UHGV virus genome: UHGV-0384602 | Strand: one strand, 5' to 3' | DNA length: 44,870 bases | Origin: a virus | Part shown: piece after piece, positions 9,358 to 20,443 of the stretch | How the letters are laid out: the number at the start of each line of letters is the position of its first letter | Position numbering within the stretch: the stretch's first letter is position 1 | Made by a program: the position numbers and the translations under genes | The notes under the pieces: model-generated | Told to the model about the DNA's origin: nothing | Database searches by the model: none | The model's input: only the letters and a program-made list of their open reading frames with translations

Positions 9358-10503
9358 TTAGCGAACAACGTTAATCTGTACGTCAGCGTAATGAACCGCG
9401 CCTGCAAGTTTTATTGCAGCCTGAATCACCGGAGCCTTACGGGCTTCACGTTCTGATTGTGCCTGTTCATCCAGCGGCTGGGCGTATACGTAATAACCTT
9501 TGGGCAGTGTGTCACCTGATGACAACTGACCAAGGTCGCCCCCGTTCCATACGCCCGGAGCAATCAGTCCATTCTGAACGGCCTGATCCAGTGATTTTTC
9601 AACATTTGATAACAGTCGGGTAATACCAGCTTCAGTCTGGGGAACTTTCGTGGTGCTGGTATAAAGCAGGTTATAGAGGTTGGTCTGCACATAATTCTGT
9701 AACCAGTCCAGGCCGTGGCGTTCATCAAAGAAATCGCCGTTAGCCATCACTCCCTGCTGGAGGATAGCCGTATCATTCTGGTAGTACACGAATACATTGC
9801 AGTTTTTTGCATCAAGTGCCGATGCCTGGCTGACTGTCAGTGTTTCATACCCGACACCCGGCTCCTGCTTAAACTTGAGCGTAATCGCGGTATTACTGCC
9901 ATTGAAATTAACCGTGAATACCCGGCCAAATGCAGATAACGCAGCGTATTTATTACCCGATGAATACTGAATAAAACTGCGTGAATATCCGGCGGTTTTC
10001 AGTTTTGATGCCAAATCATCGCTGGATGCAGTCTGCAGGCATTTATCATCGCTTGTCGTAATCGCCAGAGTACGGCTTACAGAAGAGGATTCGATCGCCG
10101 CAGCCACTTTCAGCCAGTCTGCATCCGGAATATCTTCATCGTCTGCAATCCCCAGCCCATACCATGAAGTATAATCGAGCATGGCATTCACAGCCTGCTC
10201 CAGCGTCTCAGGCGTGGCCTGTTCGCTGTCACCCTTCGTTTTCACCCAACGACCAACAAAAACCTCCTGAGGTTTCGGTGATTGTGAGAAAAACACCTGC
10301 GCAGCCTTATATTCTGGTGATTCCACGCCAAAATCTTTTCCAATATCTTCCGCGGCAGAATAACGGCGAATGCGCTCACTTACCGGAATGATTGTGGACG
10401 GGCCGAGAATGAGTAATGCACCAAAATTTCGCCCTGATGCTGCACGCGGCGACATGATCACATCAACATTAACAACGTTTGATACAGGCAAGCCCTGTGC
10501 CAT
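9358..10503 (-). CDS. tail sheath protein
   Basis: 381-aa ORF preceding the tube gene. Size and synteny fit a sheath protein. Confidence 0.5.
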   Translation of the reverse strand: MAQGLPVSNVVNVDVIMSPRAASGRNFGALLILGPSTIIPVSERIRRYSAAEDIGKDFGVESPEYKAAQVFFSQSPKPQEVFVGRWVKTKGDSEQATPETLEQAVNAMLDYTSWYGLGIADDEDIPDADWLKVAAAIESSSVSRTLAITTSDDKCLQTASSDDLASKLKTAGYSRSFIQYSSGNKYAALSAFGRVFTVNFNGSNTAITLKFKQEPGVGYETLTVSQASALDAKNCNVFVYYQNDTAILQQGVMANGDFFDERHGLDWLQNYVQTNLYNLLYTSTTKVPQTEAGITRLLSNVEKSLDQAVQNGLIAPGVWNGGDLGQLSSGDTLPKGYYVYAQPLDEQAQSEREARKAPVIQAAIKLAGAVHYADVQINVVR

Positions 10504-10506
10504 AGC

Positions 10507-11115
10507 TTAATCTCCGAAAAAGATGACTGGTGCTTCCACCAGCGATTTAATACCGTACTCGCGCACAACCTTCCGGCGCAGGCGCACCGTCATATCGTAG
10601 CGGCGGACCCATTGCTGATTAATAAGTTCAGGGAAGGGGGTCAGACCTGTGTAATCGCCAAGAGACAGCCCCAGCGCATTCAGTGCTGCATTGTTCTGCG
10701 GTACAGATATACCGTCACGAAACCGGGACGCATACACCATCCCCGCCGGACCATAAAACGAAGCCATACACTCAATCGTTTCATGCCGCCAGAGCTTAGA
10801 GCCATCATCGGTCTGTCTGGTGAATGCCGGACTGTCATCACCTGACCATCCGATAACCCCAAACGCACACCAGTTCGTTTCAGCCGGTAGCAGTGGCGGC
10901 TGCTCTTTCTGCCAGCGCGGGCGAACCATCCCGGCAGACAGACCGGAAACGTTACGCATCCACTGGCTTAACAGCCTGTCGAGCGCTTCGTCATAATCCG
11001 GATCGCCACTGGTTGGTATCAGCCATCCGCGCTCTGTACTGGTGTTATTGCTCAACCGGAATTCCCCCATCAAACGGCAGCAACTCACAATGCGCCTGAA
11101 CGAATCCGGCACCAT
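10507..11115 (-). CDS. virion structural protein (head-tail joining/tail completion region)
   Basis: 202-aa ORF in a compact run of small genes between the capsid and sheath genes. Confidence 0.3.
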   Translation of the reverse strand: MVPDSFRRIVSCCRLMGEFRLSNNTSTERGWLIPTSGDPDYDEALDRLLSQWMRNVSGLSAGMVRPRWQKEQPPLLPAETNWCAFGVIGWSGDDSPAFTRQTDDGSKLWRHETIECMASFYGPAGMVYASRFRDGISVPQNNAALNALGLSLGDYTGLTPFPELINQQWVRRYDMTVRLRRKVVREYGIKSLVEAPVIFFGD

Positions 11116-11434
11116 AAGCTGTATACGGGTCGACGAAGGTCACACGATAATCACGGCCCTGATACGTCACGATATCGGCATCACGGCCAGTCTGTCCCTG
11201 CGTCAGTCGCTCAGTCGTCACAATCAGAATTGCACCGCTGATTACCTGCCCTGCCTGCATACGGCGGTTTTCCAGAGAGCGATCAACAGTTACGACTCCG
11301 GCAAACTGCTTTTTAACTTCGCTGTCGCTGCCGATCCCGTCCTCATCCACCGTTTGCACTCGGCGTGTTACCCACAAATTGAAGTCGCAAAAATCGGGGT
11401 CAAAAAGCACATCTGTTACATCAAGAGTCGGCAT
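11045..11434 (-). CDS. virion structural protein (head-tail joining region)
   Basis: 129-aa ORF. True start is probably internal, since it overlaps the previous gene by 71 nt. Confidence 0.3.
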   Translation of the reverse strand: MPTLDVTDVLFDPDFCDFNLWVTRRVQTVDEDGIGSDSEVKKQFAGVVTVDRSLENRRMQAGQVISGAILIVTTERLTQGQTGRDADIVTYQGRDYRVTFVDPYTAYGAGFVQAHCELLPFDGGIPVEQ

Positions 11435-11975
11435 CTTTATCCCTCACTACATGGGTAATAGCTCTGCGATATTGCCCGGTGTCAATTAATGGTTTCGCCA
11501 GATCGGTTCCGGGAGATTCGCCAGCAGCACGCCGGGCAAGTTCCAGTGTTGCCCCCTTGCGCCCCCGACGAGCCCGGGCTTCAACAGTACTGTCAGCAAG
11601 CGGCGTAAAGCCGGTAATGGTCATGTAACGCCTGACACCATTAACGGCCAGCGTTCCGGCACGGTTGAGTGCGCCTTCTGCTCCCGCAGCATTACCATCC
11701 AGTGCAGCCTGCGCCGCGGCTTTGAGCTGCGGCACCGTCTGCTCTTCTGCCGATTTAACGCCGGGGGCCAGGTGAGGTCGTGGCGGGATGTTCTGCTCTG
11801 GTGAGCCGTATTCGTTGAGGTAACCGATGCCCGCATTACCAAACGGAACATCATCCCGCTCGCTGTCTTCCGAAGGGATGCCGACCAGCACATCTTTTTT
11901 GGTTAACGACCTGAGCGCATCCAGAATGGCCTTAGCGTTATCCACCCTCGTTGTTACACCGCTTTTGAAACTCAT
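11421..11975 (-). CDS. virion structural protein (head-tail joining region)
   Basis: 184-aa ORF with overlapping stop/start to its neighbours. Confidence 0.3.
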   Translation of the reverse strand: MSFKSGVTTRVDNAKAILDALRSLTKKDVLVGIPSEDSERDDVPFGNAGIGYLNEYGSPEQNIPPRPHLAPGVKSAEEQTVPQLKAAAQAALDGNAAGAEGALNRAGTLAVNGVRRYMTITGFTPLADSTVEARARRGRKGATLELARRAAGESPGTDLAKPLIDTGQYRRAITHVVRDKDADS

Positions 11976-12379
11976 AGCTGGCGACCGCCTGCACCGAACA
12001 TCGTGATCAACTGATAAAATTCAGCGCCATATCGGGTGTTATTCCAGAAACCTGCATCAGGATTCAGCGTCGCGCTGGTGTCATAACTGACGCTTACCTT
12101 ATCCACGGACTTTGAGGACTGAACACCATTGGTTGAACCGCCCGAACCACCAGCCAGCATCGCCCGGCTGTCTGCCGCCCAGAGCGTCATGTAGTGCGCA
12201 ACGAACAACCCGGCAAAGTACGGAAACAACTTTTTGCCGGTGACGTTTTCGCTCAGCAGTTCATCGGCCAGATTCAGACGAAACTGGATTTGCGCTTCGG
12301 GATATTTGGCAGGGTCAGCAAACTGCGGGAAGTCGCGGCGAAAATCACTTACCGCTGGCAGACTTTGATTCTTTGGCAT
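11972..12379 (-). CDS. virion structural protein (head-tail joining region)
   Basis: 135-aa ORF with ATGA-type coupling. Confidence 0.3.
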   Translation of the reverse strand: MPKNQSLPAVSDFRRDFPQFADPAKYPEAQIQFRLNLADELLSENVTGKKLFPYFAGLFVAHYMTLWAADSRAMLAGGSGGSTNGVQSSKSVDKVSVSYDTSATLNPDAGFWNNTRYGAEFYQLITMFGAGGRQL

Positions 12380-12566
12380 TTTTTACCTCGTTACGCGCGT
12401 CTGTGGCTTTGCCAACGGATACTTCCGCGTGCGCACGAGTGAACCAGTGCGTGGCAACGTCTTCCTCCACAGCATGACGGCCTTTAACAAACTCGCGCCG
12501 TGAACCGTCGGGAAGCGTGAGCACAAACGGGGTATGTACGTGTATTACTGCATTATTTTTTGCCAT
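12345..12566 (-). CDS. small head-associated protein
   Basis: 73-aa ORF directly downstream of the major capsid gene. Confidence 0.25.
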   Translation of the reverse strand: MAKNNAVIHVHTPFVLTLPDGSRREFVKGRHAVEEDVATHWFTRAHAEVSVGKATDARNEVKNAKESKSASGK

Positions 12567-12607
12567 CGGGTCATCCTTAATGGCCCCGCCAGGGGGCCAT
12601 GTGGCTG

Positions 12608-13549
12608 TTAAATGCCATCAACGTACGAAATGGTTTCTTTGTACACTGGCTCGACTGCACCCAGCTTGCCGTAGTAAGTGACGATCTGATACAGACCGCG
12701 ATACTGCACCGGCACGCTCTGAAGCGGAACCAGCGGGTAGCGGACGTATTTTTTATCGTTGGTGTACGCAACCATGCGATCCTTATTCCCCACACCACGG
12801 CCTTTCAGCCATTTAACCGCGCGGATATTCAGCGGAATACCGTTCTGGTGATAGCTGATGGTGTTGGTCTGAAGGTACGTCAACAGGGACTGGTTACCCG
12901 CAGATGAAACGATGATGCTGGACAACAGAGCAAACTGCTCAGGCGGGATCAGCAAATCACGCGGAACCACAGAGTAACCGGAAGCGGCCCACGCATCAGA
13001 CAGCACCTGGTTAATGCTTGCGCGGATTTCGTCCGGTGTTGAGGTTGCCCACGTTTTGGCAGCGTTGTTGACAGGCACACCGTCCAGGGTAACAAGACCT
13101 TTCAGGTTTAATGCGGAATCGCCAACATACACCTGTTCATCGTTATCCATCTGCCATTTCAGTTGCATCCCGTCATACTTCTGCGTATCGATCGGGCGTC
13201 CGACCTGCTGAGCAGCCTGCAATTCTATGACCGTCCAGCCAAGTTCCATCCCCCACAGGTTCAGCGGGTTACCGGATTTGCCGATATCCACGTTTACGCC
13301 AGCAATAGCGGTTGAGTCTTTGCCTACCCAGTTTTTGCCATTCGGATTTGCACCAGTACCCGCAGCGGCGAAGCTGGTATTCGTCCAGCTGGAAATGTCA
13401 TCTGCGATGGAGACATCTTCACGCAGTTGGATATCGCGGGTCCAGGTGTACCCCACCAGTGGCAGGTTCAGCGTCTGGTCGAGTCGCTCCAGCTCCCCGA
13501 TGAGAAAGGCACCAGAGCTGTCAACGGTTGCCTGATCAAAAGTAATCAT
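12608..13549 (-). CDS. major capsid protein
   Basis: 313-aa ORF following the scaffold/protease and decoration-like genes. Size and position typical of a major capsid protein. Confidence 0.55.
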   Translation of the reverse strand: MITFDQATVDSSGAFLIGELERLDQTLNLPLVGYTWTRDIQLREDVSIADDISSWTNTSFAAAGTGANPNGKNWVGKDSTAIAGVNVDIGKSGNPLNLWGMELGWTVIELQAAQQVGRPIDTQKYDGMQLKWQMDNDEQVYVGDSALNLKGLVTLDGVPVNNAAKTWATSTPDEIRASINQVLSDAWAASGYSVVPRDLLIPPEQFALLSSIIVSSAGNQSLLTYLQTNTISYHQNGIPLNIRAVKWLKGRGVGNKDRMVAYTNDKKYVRYPLVPLQSVPVQYRGLYQIVTYYGKLGAVEPVYKETISYVDGI

Positions 13550-13560
13550 TCGTCTGTTCC

Positions 13561-14067
13561 TTAAATCTTCCAGGAAATTTCTGCATTGCCGTCAGCATCA
13601 CCGGCACCTGTGAATTCAGCGTTGGTCAGCACCACGTTTTTGCCACTGACTGACGTGGCCATGAATCCACCCAGCGGCACTTTGATGGATTCATCAGTGG
13701 AGACGACAACGTATACCGGGTCGCCTTTTTTGATGGTGCTGGCATCAAAATCAGAACCGAGATTAACGGTCACGTAGCCACGCTTCATTGCGTCGCCCGG
13801 GAAGTTCTTGCCACTCCCCACCTGGCGAACCATGTCCGGCTGCGAAGTGGTCGGATAAGGGCGCACATAGATCCCCTTCACCTTGTCTGCGGTATCACCA
13901 TCTGCCAGCGGCACGAAAAAACCGTCATCATCGTATTTACCAGCCAGCCCATAGGCAGCAAAGGCGTTATCGGATTTAAGGACCACCGGTTCGACGGTTA
14001 AGTCCTGCGGGCGAGAGACAGCCCCGGCAATGCCAACAGGCATCCGGTACAGAAATACATTATTCAT
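13561..14067 (-). CDS. head structural/decoration-like protein
   Basis: 168-aa ORF between the protease/scaffold gene and the capsid gene. Confidence 0.4.
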   Translation of the reverse strand: MNNVFLYRMPVGIAGAVSRPQDLTVEPVVLKSDNAFAAYGLAGKYDDDGFFVPLADGDTADKVKGIYVRPYPTTSQPDMVRQVGSGKNFPGDAMKRGYVTVNLGSDFDASTIKKGDPVYVVVSTDESIKVPLGGFMATSVSGKNVVLTNAEFTGAGDADGNAEISWKI

Positions 14068-14070
14068 TTT

Positions 14071-15291
14071 TTACCCTTTACGGTTTGCCCAGAATTCAGC
14101 GTTTTGTTTGTTCAGGGAAGCGATACTGGTCATGCCCATATTTGGGCGCTGTGCATCGCCGGTGGTGGCGCGGGTGTTTCGCCCTTTGGCAATCTCAGAC
14201 ACGGCATTAAACGCCATGTCGACTGATTGTTTCGGCAATTTGCGGATATCCGCATCACCGACTATCTGGCGAACCAGCGTTTTGTCAGCAGAAGCCAGAA
14301 CCTCGCGTTTGAACGCGGTCGGTTTCATCTTACGGCTCAGATCGATACCCGGAACGATAACTTCGGCACGCCAGGCTGAGTCACCAGTAATCGTGGTTTC
14401 CTCTTCATCGTCCTCGCCGTCACCGGTCGGATTATCGTCAGGCTTATTATCGTTATCGCCCGTGGCATTTCCTTCCAGCTTAGCCAGCAGGGCTTTCAGT
14501 AATGTTTTGAGGTCATCATCACTGTCGCCGGTTGGACCTCCACCCATCTCTGGTGCTTTGTCCGGTAGTGGTTGCTGCGGGGACAGGTTGATATTGAGAT
14601 TAACGCCCTGCGGCAAATCCCCCTCATCTCCTGTAACCGATGCGGGAGCCGACTCCACCAGTTCGTTCATGGTGTCGGCATCTCCTGTCTTGATGGCCGC
14701 ACGCATGCGGTTCCACCAGTTTTTCTTTTGATTTGCCATTGTGTCTCTGTCTCCAATTGCACAACGATTTCCGGCTCTGCCTTTAGGGACAAGAGCCACA
14801 TGGTTTCCGGTAATATCGACCTGCTCAGCTTTACCTGGCTCGGTCTGCTCGTACTCCGCGTCATAGCCGCACGACACTTCGCGCAGGCCATCTTCGATAA
14901 GCTGAATGGCGTTTTCGTCTTTGACGATAAGGTCAGCCAGCATCAAATCAGACTGCTCACCCGTCCCGCGCCGGACATTCTGGAGGTGCCCGACAGCAAG
15001 CTCTTTCCAGTTCTCGGGATTTACCAGCCGCACATTCCCGTTTTCATCTTCAGGATGCAGAATCGTGATGCTCATCCCTTCGAATGAGGCAAGCGTGGCC
15101 GGATGGAATACCTGCTCAGGAGAACGCGTGACGACTATTTCACCGAACTTATCGGGTTTCAGTTTTGGCAGGTCATCAGCACCATAGAGCTGCTTACCTG
15201 TTCGTCCTATCGGCACGTCTCTGCACAGCAACGAGCCGTCAGCCAGCTGATAGCGGGTTTCCCCCAGCCGGGTATTGAAAAAATATTTCAT
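14071..15291 (-). CDS. head maturation protease/scaffold-like protein
   Basis: 406-aa ORF downstream of the portal and morphogenesis genes. Acidic low-complexity linker (GDSDDD..DDEEETT) and C-terminal coiled-coil-like region typical of scaffolds. Confidence 0.4.
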   Translation of the reverse strand: MKYFFNTRLGETRYQLADGSLLCRDVPIGRTGKQLYGADDLPKLKPDKFGEIVVTRSPEQVFHPATLASFEGMSITILHPEDENGNVRLVNPENWKELAVGHLQNVRRGTGEQSDLMLADLIVKDENAIQLIEDGLREVSCGYDAEYEQTEPGKAEQVDITGNHVALVPKGRAGNRCAIGDRDTMANQKKNWWNRMRAAIKTGDADTMNELVESAPASVTGDEGDLPQGVNLNINLSPQQPLPDKAPEMGGGPTGDSDDDLKTLLKALLAKLEGNATGDNDNKPDDNPTGDGEDDEEETTITGDSAWRAEVIVPGIDLSRKMKPTAFKREVLASADKTLVRQIVGDADIRKLPKQSVDMAFNAVSEIAKGRNTRATTGDAQRPNMGMTSIASLNKQNAEFWANRKG

Positions 15292-15305
15292 GTGTTACCT
15301 GCGAT

Positions 15306-16079
15306 TCAGGCGGGATAAGATTGGGAGGTGGGAAAAACGATTTCTTTATAACAACGACAATTCGGGAGCTCGCCAGCGTGACCGGTCATGCCGTCAAGCG
15401 TTGGAGGTTTGCCCCATTCGACAAATTTACCTTCCATTTCCCGATGAGAATGCCTGACGTCACCATCTTCGGCTGTACGCCAAATATAACCATTCGAACC
15501 AATTGACAGCGCACGCGCCTGATCCAGCGCGCCGGTTGCACGTCCAAGTTCAGTACGGGCAATCAGGTCAGCTCTGGACTTTGCTATATCACCCGATGCG
15601 GCTATTTCTTTAGCAAAATGTTCTGCTCTCCCACCGGTCACAACAGCTTCTATCGCCCGATTCTGGATGTCGTACACCCTGTCAGCCGCCTCGAGGGGGA
15701 GCGATTTGATGTACTTGACCTGTTCGGCGATGATGGATTGCATCACCTGGCCCACAGGAGCGCTTTCCACAAGATTGCGGAGCTCGCGACTGATGTTCTT
15801 GCTGTGTTGCCGCCAAACTTTCTCGTTCTGCCGGGTTAGGTCCGCAGTAAAGTTTTCCGCGACCTTTGTCGCCCAGGGGGTGATGATTTCACTGTAGCGT
15901 TCCAGCGCCTCAATAATTTCCGTGATACTGTCATTTGAACCATCGTAGCGACCATTTACGATGTCTCCGACCGCCCGCGCTATCCTGCGTAGGCTGGTTC
16001 GATAGCGGATTTCCGCCTGACGGTTCCTGCGGTTCGTCATCAGGTTCGCCGATGCCGGGCGGCGCTTCATCTTCGGCAT
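15306..16079 (-). CDS. head morphogenesis protein (Mu gpF/SPP1 gp7-like)
   Basis: 257-aa ORF right after the portal gene. The annotated start overlaps the portal by 149 nt, so the true start is probably an internal Met (e.g. 16040). Confidence 0.45.
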   Translation of the reverse strand: MPKMKRRPASANLMTNRRNRQAEIRYRTSLRRIARAVGDIVNGRYDGSNDSITEIIEALERYSEIITPWATKVAENFTADLTRQNEKVWRQHSKNISRELRNLVESAPVGQVMQSIIAEQVKYIKSLPLEAADRVYDIQNRAIEAVVTGGRAEHFAKEIAASGDIAKSRADLIARTELGRATGALDQARALSIGSNGYIWRTAEDGDVRHSHREMEGKFVEWGKPPTLDGMTGHAGELPNCRCYKEIVFPTSQSYPA

Positions 16080-17397
16080 TCTCGATGTCCTCGTCGGTAA
16101 TGGATGCCCCGATGCCGGTTACGTCAGAATTTTCGCGCAAATCAGTCATAGCGGCTTTCAGTGTCATCAGACCATCACCCAGCGCTGTACTGATTGCGTT
16201 GGTGGTATTTAACGCCACCGTTGAACGATCGACATCAGACATTTGCCAGAGCGGGTTAAACTCAAACGTGAAATCATCCGGGAGCGGCTTGCCAAGTTCC
16301 GAACGATGCATGATGTCCAGTATCCGCCGCACCGGAAGACGTAAACGTCTCTCCTGCAACGAACTGATGCGGTCGTAATAGTTGGCAAGGTCTGCATCAC
16401 CGGTAGAAAATCCTTTCGGGGACTGTCCAAACAGCCGCACCAGTGGGATACCAACAGCGCCACTAATCTGTTCTGCAAACTGTGAAAGGATGTCATCCAG
16501 ACCACTGAAGCTGTACTGATGAGTTTCAAACTTATCCCGCGAGTCCATGAGCGTCATGCCTTCATTGCTCTGGAACTGTCGAATCAGGTCTATATTCTTC
16601 AGCAACGCTTCATACGCAGGACCACCAAGTGCGATAAGCTCGCGTAGCTTCTCCACGCTGTAGGTACGCAAATGCGCTTTGTAGACCAGCTGCGCCGCGC
16701 CGACAGTAGCGCTGTCGAACGCGGTAAGACGATCCCAGATACGCTCTACAACCGACATTCCCCATTCGTTCTCGGTCATCTTCTGCTGAAATGGCAGCGT
16801 GACGCCATCAAAGCGAATCAGTCGACTGTGATGAATGCGCCAGGCAGGAATTCCCGTTGCTGTGGTCACCACATCGTAAAACTCAGGTTTACCCAGGTCC
16901 GGCCCCATATCTTTAATGCGGCGGGTCAGTACCGGGTCAATCATCCAGCGGTCGAGCGGGAGAATCCCCTTAAACTTGCCCTTACCGATGGTTTCGGGTC
17001 GCAGCGGGGTCATTGGTGCCTGCCCCTCAATCATGATGAAACCCACCGCGCCGCCGTAGAGGCGCGACCATTTCAGCACGTCATTCAGCGCATCCCAGAT
17101 TTGCAACTCATCCAGTTGTGATTCGAGAATGCCACGATCTTTTGCATCAATTTCCGAAGTGATGCGAATGCCTTTGCGGGTCATATCATCTGGGATAGCA
17201 TCGACCGCTTCGCCGATGATCCAGGACGAACGATAGGACCATTCCACCAGCATGCGGTTACGACTGGTGAAATTAGCCCGGTAGGTGGATGCTGAGTGCT
17301 GGTTAGGTGTCTGCATCCCTACGCGGGCAATAAAATTCTCATAACCATCAGCTGTGGCCTGCGCAGTTCGCCGCAGGGCTTGTTTGTTTCGTGCCAT
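15931..17397 (-). CDS. portal protein
   Basis: 488-aa ORF immediately downstream of the large terminase (stop/start overlap at 17397). Size and synteny fit a portal. Confidence 0.6.
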   Translation of the reverse strand: MARNKQALRRTAQATADGYENFIARVGMQTPNQHSASTYRANFTSRNRMLVEWSYRSSWIIGEAVDAIPDDMTRKGIRITSEIDAKDRGILESQLDELQIWDALNDVLKWSRLYGGAVGFIMIEGQAPMTPLRPETIGKGKFKGILPLDRWMIDPVLTRRIKDMGPDLGKPEFYDVVTTATGIPAWRIHHSRLIRFDGVTLPFQQKMTENEWGMSVVERIWDRLTAFDSATVGAAQLVYKAHLRTYSVEKLRELIALGGPAYEALLKNIDLIRQFQSNEGMTLMDSRDKFETHQYSFSGLDDILSQFAEQISGAVGIPLVRLFGQSPKGFSTGDADLANYYDRISSLQERRLRLPVRRILDIMHRSELGKPLPDDFTFEFNPLWQMSDVDRSTVALNTTNAISTALGDGLMTLKAAMTDLRENSDVTGIGASITDEDIENAEDEAPPGIGEPDDEPQEPSGGNPLSNQPTQDSAGGRRHRKWSLRWFK

Positions 17398-19019
17398 CAG
17401 GCCTGTCTCCCTAGCAGCTCCCAGATGTTCAGGGCTAAATTCATTGGGGCATAGTTGATCATCACCGAGTCGGCAAGATTTGGCGACCGGGTCCCATCAG
17501 GCTGTTTATCAATAACGATTTTTCCCACACCATTAATGGAATAGGTCGGCTGCGAAAGCTCGATGATGAGTTTATCTTTGAGTGCCATGCTACTGCTGAT
17601 TGAGATGATCTCGTCCGGGTTGTAAGCCATACCTTCAACCACGGCGCGCCAGGTATTCTGAAAAAGTTTACGTAACCGCCACCAGCTCTGGGCTTTGGCG
17701 TTCGCGAAGAAGTCCTTGTTCAGACGTGCGGCTTGCCCGTTGTCCCCGCGAACAGCTTCATCATCCGGATCGAATACCGCGCCACTACCTCGAAACGGTG
17801 TGGCGAGTATTGACGGTCGACGCGCAGCGTTACGCAGTTCGTTGATAGCGCGTGCATCGCCGCGAACGCCAGCGCCCAGCCCGTCCTCGTCAAAGCGAAA
17901 CTCTTCGAGGTTGTCCTGTTCGCAAAAGCCGAAAACCTTCTCGACGGACTGATAAATGTCGCTGCCCACACCGGACCATTCGCGCACATTTTCCAGGAGG
18001 AAGCCATGACGGGTGGAAAAGGCATTTTTGTCCCTGCCTTCGTCGGCGACATCCATCGCGCCAAGTCGTTTGCCTGTTGGCTGGATACCCAGTTTGATAT
18101 GCGCATCAACGGCAGCCTGTACCCATTCGGATGGAATCAGGACGCCTTCCGCTGATGCGCTGTAGTTCAGATCAAGTTCCTGTGCCACCACCACCGGATT
18201 ATCGATTTTCTCGCATTCCCTGCGATACCACTCTTCATCCTTGCGAGGATCATCCCGCCAGTGGAATGTGAATACCGGTATCTTCCCGCCATGACGCTTC
18301 TGAGCGAACGGGTTCGCCATGCCGTTAACTGAACTCAGGTCGATACGGCAACGCGTCGTTTGTGACAACGCCGCATCAATCAGCAAAGGACGCTGAAGGA
18401 ATGCAGCCTCATCAACCAGATAAAGCGTGGTACGGTCACCACGACCAATATTATCGCCAGCCTCGCCTTTGATAACGGCACCAGTTTCAGGAAACTCAAC
18501 ACGCATATATGGCGCGTGCTTCTTCTCGCTCCACGAACCGCGAAACTCTACAGGTAGCGTTTCCACGAACTTGCGCGCCTTCCAGAACAATGCTTTCGGG
18601 TCACCAGTGCTGTCGACGTATTCCTCTTTACGGGAGCCGAAACCGATAACCATTTCTTTGTTGAAGAGACAAAGCGAGCAGGCCAGTCCGATCGCGGTCC
18701 AACTGAGCCCCATTTCACGGGATTTTTCGGTAATACCATTCTCCCGATTGCCCCAGCGTTCCATAATCCAGTGGATCCACTCCTCCTGCTTAGGGAAGAG
18801 TAAAAACGGAATGGTCACCGGCAGGCCATAATCAATATTACGCGGGTCCGTTGTCATGCCCCAGTCGATGATGAACTGAGCCGGGTTGGTTCGGTAAAAC
18901 TGTTTTAGTGCTGGCAATATTTCAGGGTTCTGGCGAATGCGCTGTAAGCGTTCCATCCGCCATTCAAAAACCATCTGGTAATCAGGATTTTTAAAATCGA
19001 AGGGGAATGGTAACGGCAT
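17397..19019 (-). CDS. terL: terminase large subunit
   Basis: 540-aa ORF with an N-terminal ATPase-like region (LYLVDEAAF Walker B-like) and C-terminal nuclease-like region, directly after the small subunit. Confidence 0.75.
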   Translation of the reverse strand: MPLPFPFDFKNPDYQMVFEWRMERLQRIRQNPEILPALKQFYRTNPAQFIIDWGMTTDPRNIDYGLPVTIPFLLFPKQEEWIHWIMERWGNRENGITEKSREMGLSWTAIGLACSLCLFNKEMVIGFGSRKEEYVDSTGDPKALFWKARKFVETLPVEFRGSWSEKKHAPYMRVEFPETGAVIKGEAGDNIGRGDRTTLYLVDEAAFLQRPLLIDAALSQTTRCRIDLSSVNGMANPFAQKRHGGKIPVFTFHWRDDPRKDEEWYRRECEKIDNPVVVAQELDLNYSASAEGVLIPSEWVQAAVDAHIKLGIQPTGKRLGAMDVADEGRDKNAFSTRHGFLLENVREWSGVGSDIYQSVEKVFGFCEQDNLEEFRFDEDGLGAGVRGDARAINELRNAARRPSILATPFRGSGAVFDPDDEAVRGDNGQAARLNKDFFANAKAQSWWRLRKLFQNTWRAVVEGMAYNPDEIISISSSMALKDKLIIELSQPTYSINGVGKIVIDKQPDGTRSPNLADSVMINYAPMNLALNIWELLGRQA

Positions 19020-19021
19020 AC

Positions 19022-19588
19022 TTAGCCCATCATTTTTCTATACGCCTCTGCAGCCTGCTCCGGCGTTAAGTTGGTAATTTCTGTTCTGACTGGTCCTCCA
19101 TCAGCGCCAGTCACTTCATTTTTGACGTTGTCTTTAAACGCCTGAACAGAAACATGACGCCCAAGCAACTCAAGGTTTTTAACCTTATCAGGCCATTTGA
19201 TTTTCTTCAGAAGTGCGGCGCTATCTGCGGATACCATCTCCATGACATCCATTCCTGATAGCGTTGTGCGCCATACCTTAGGCCAGTCTTTAATGGGTTT
19301 TAGATCACCGTTTTGCAGGAGAATGTCGAGCACATCCATCTGGTCGATTTCAATAAGGCGATTAAGTACATATTCTGCATTAATACCAACAAGATCATTG
19401 CGTTGCGCTTTCAGTTCAGCGATTCTGAATTGTATGTCAGGTTTTGACAGGTTTTCGGATGCGGTACGGTTAGCTGTCTTTGCGCTGTACCCCGCCCGAA
19501 TAGCCGCTTGCGTGGCGTTTAAATCGATGAGGTACTCGCGACAGAACATTTCTTGCTTGTCGGTGAGTGCCATTACTTTTCCTAACAC
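19022..19588 (-). CDS. terS: terminase small subunit
   Basis: 188-aa ORF. N-terminal [30 protein letters not shown] is the conserved signature of Terminase_2-type small subunits (from memory). Confidence 0.65.
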   Translation of the reverse strand: MLGKVMALTDKQEMFCREYLIDLNATQAAIRAGYSAKTANRTASENLSKPDIQFRIAELKAQRNDLVGINAEYVLNRLIEIDQMDVLDILLQNGDLKPIKDWPKVWRTTLSGMDVMEMVSADSAALLKKIKWPDKVKNLELLGRHVSVQAFKDNVKNEVTGADGGPVRTEITNLTPEQAAEAYRKMMG

Positions 19589-19974
19589 TGAGGTAATTTA
19601 TTCTTGGACAGTTACTACATAACTATCAATGCAATACAAATCATGCTTGCGAAGAGCAATGGTTTTTACTTGATCGCCTGGTCTAATCAAAACCGCACAG
19701 CAAGCTCGAAAGAAGAGCTTGCTCGTATTTTGGCGTCAGAATTTAGTATCACTAATCTCGAAGCTACCAACTACGTTGCCGATCTGAACTAACTTTTTTG
19801 CGGCCATCAAATCGGAACTGCTGTAGTTGATGGCCAATCATTCCTGCTAGCTAATTCGTTACTCTGTTGTTTATTCTGCAGGTTTTTCTGTCTACTCTGC
19901 AGGTATCTTCAACGACTCATTCCAAATGGTCAGGTGGTTATTGTGCGCTGAGATGCGCGTTGAAATTCAGATGT

Positions 19975-20008
19975 GAAAAGGCCCCGCTAAAAGCGAGGCC
20001 ATAAATCA
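19975..20008 (-). terminator. hairpin plus T-run downstream of the post-Rz gene
   Basis: Minus-strand GGCCTCGC-TTTTA-GCGGGGCC followed by TTTTC, about 10 nt after the stop of the 20018..20443 gene. Confidence 0.35.
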
Positions 20009-20017
20009 CTTGATATC

Positions 20018-20443
20018 TTACTGAGAACGCTGGAGTAATCCGCGCTGAGCGAGAACTAGAACAATGTCATAAGACCCTTGCCTGTCTTTATAGCAAGTTT
20101 TATCAACTAACTCAGCTTTGCTAATTCCGGGTAAATCAAGAATCAGATTCGCAACTTCAATTGCCCTTTGGTACAACTTACCGATCTTTTTCTCCCCATG
20201 ATGTGGTTTTACATTCTTCAGATAACCGCTATCCGCCAGAGCGAGAAACGTTGCCCTTGGGCATCCCTTCTTTCTTGCCGATTCGCTTTCTGTAACCTCA
20301 GCGACAGCAGCATCCCATGCATCACGCGGGGATATTGAATTATCAGCAACCAAATAATAAGCAATTAAAGCGGCGCGCGCGTATTGAGACATAATGCATC
20401 CATATACAAAAATCTTATGATAAGACTTTTCTAATATGAACAC
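20018..20443 (-). CDS. hypothetical protein (141 aa; alternative start Met18)
   Basis: ORF at the distal end of the lysis cassette, the position where lambdoid phages carry morons such as bor. No recognisable motif. Confidence 0.4.
   Translation of the reverse strand: MFILEKSYHKIFVYGCIMSQYARAALIAYYLVADNSISPRDAWDAAVAEVTESESARKKGCPRATFLALADSGYLKNVKPHHGEKKIGKLYQRAIEVANLILDLPGISKAELVDKTCYKDRQGSYDIVLVLAQRGLLQRSQ

Noticed and set aside
14030-14731. 233-aa plus-strand ORF
   Set aside because: Lies entirely antisense within the strongly supported minus-strand head protease/scaffold gene; low-complexity Ser/Pro-rich translation typical of a shadow ORF.
15931-16079. 149-nt overlap between the portal and head-morphogenesis ORFs as a possible fusion or frameshift
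   Set aside because: More simply explained by the ORF track choosing the most upstream Met; internal Met codons would remove most of the overlap.
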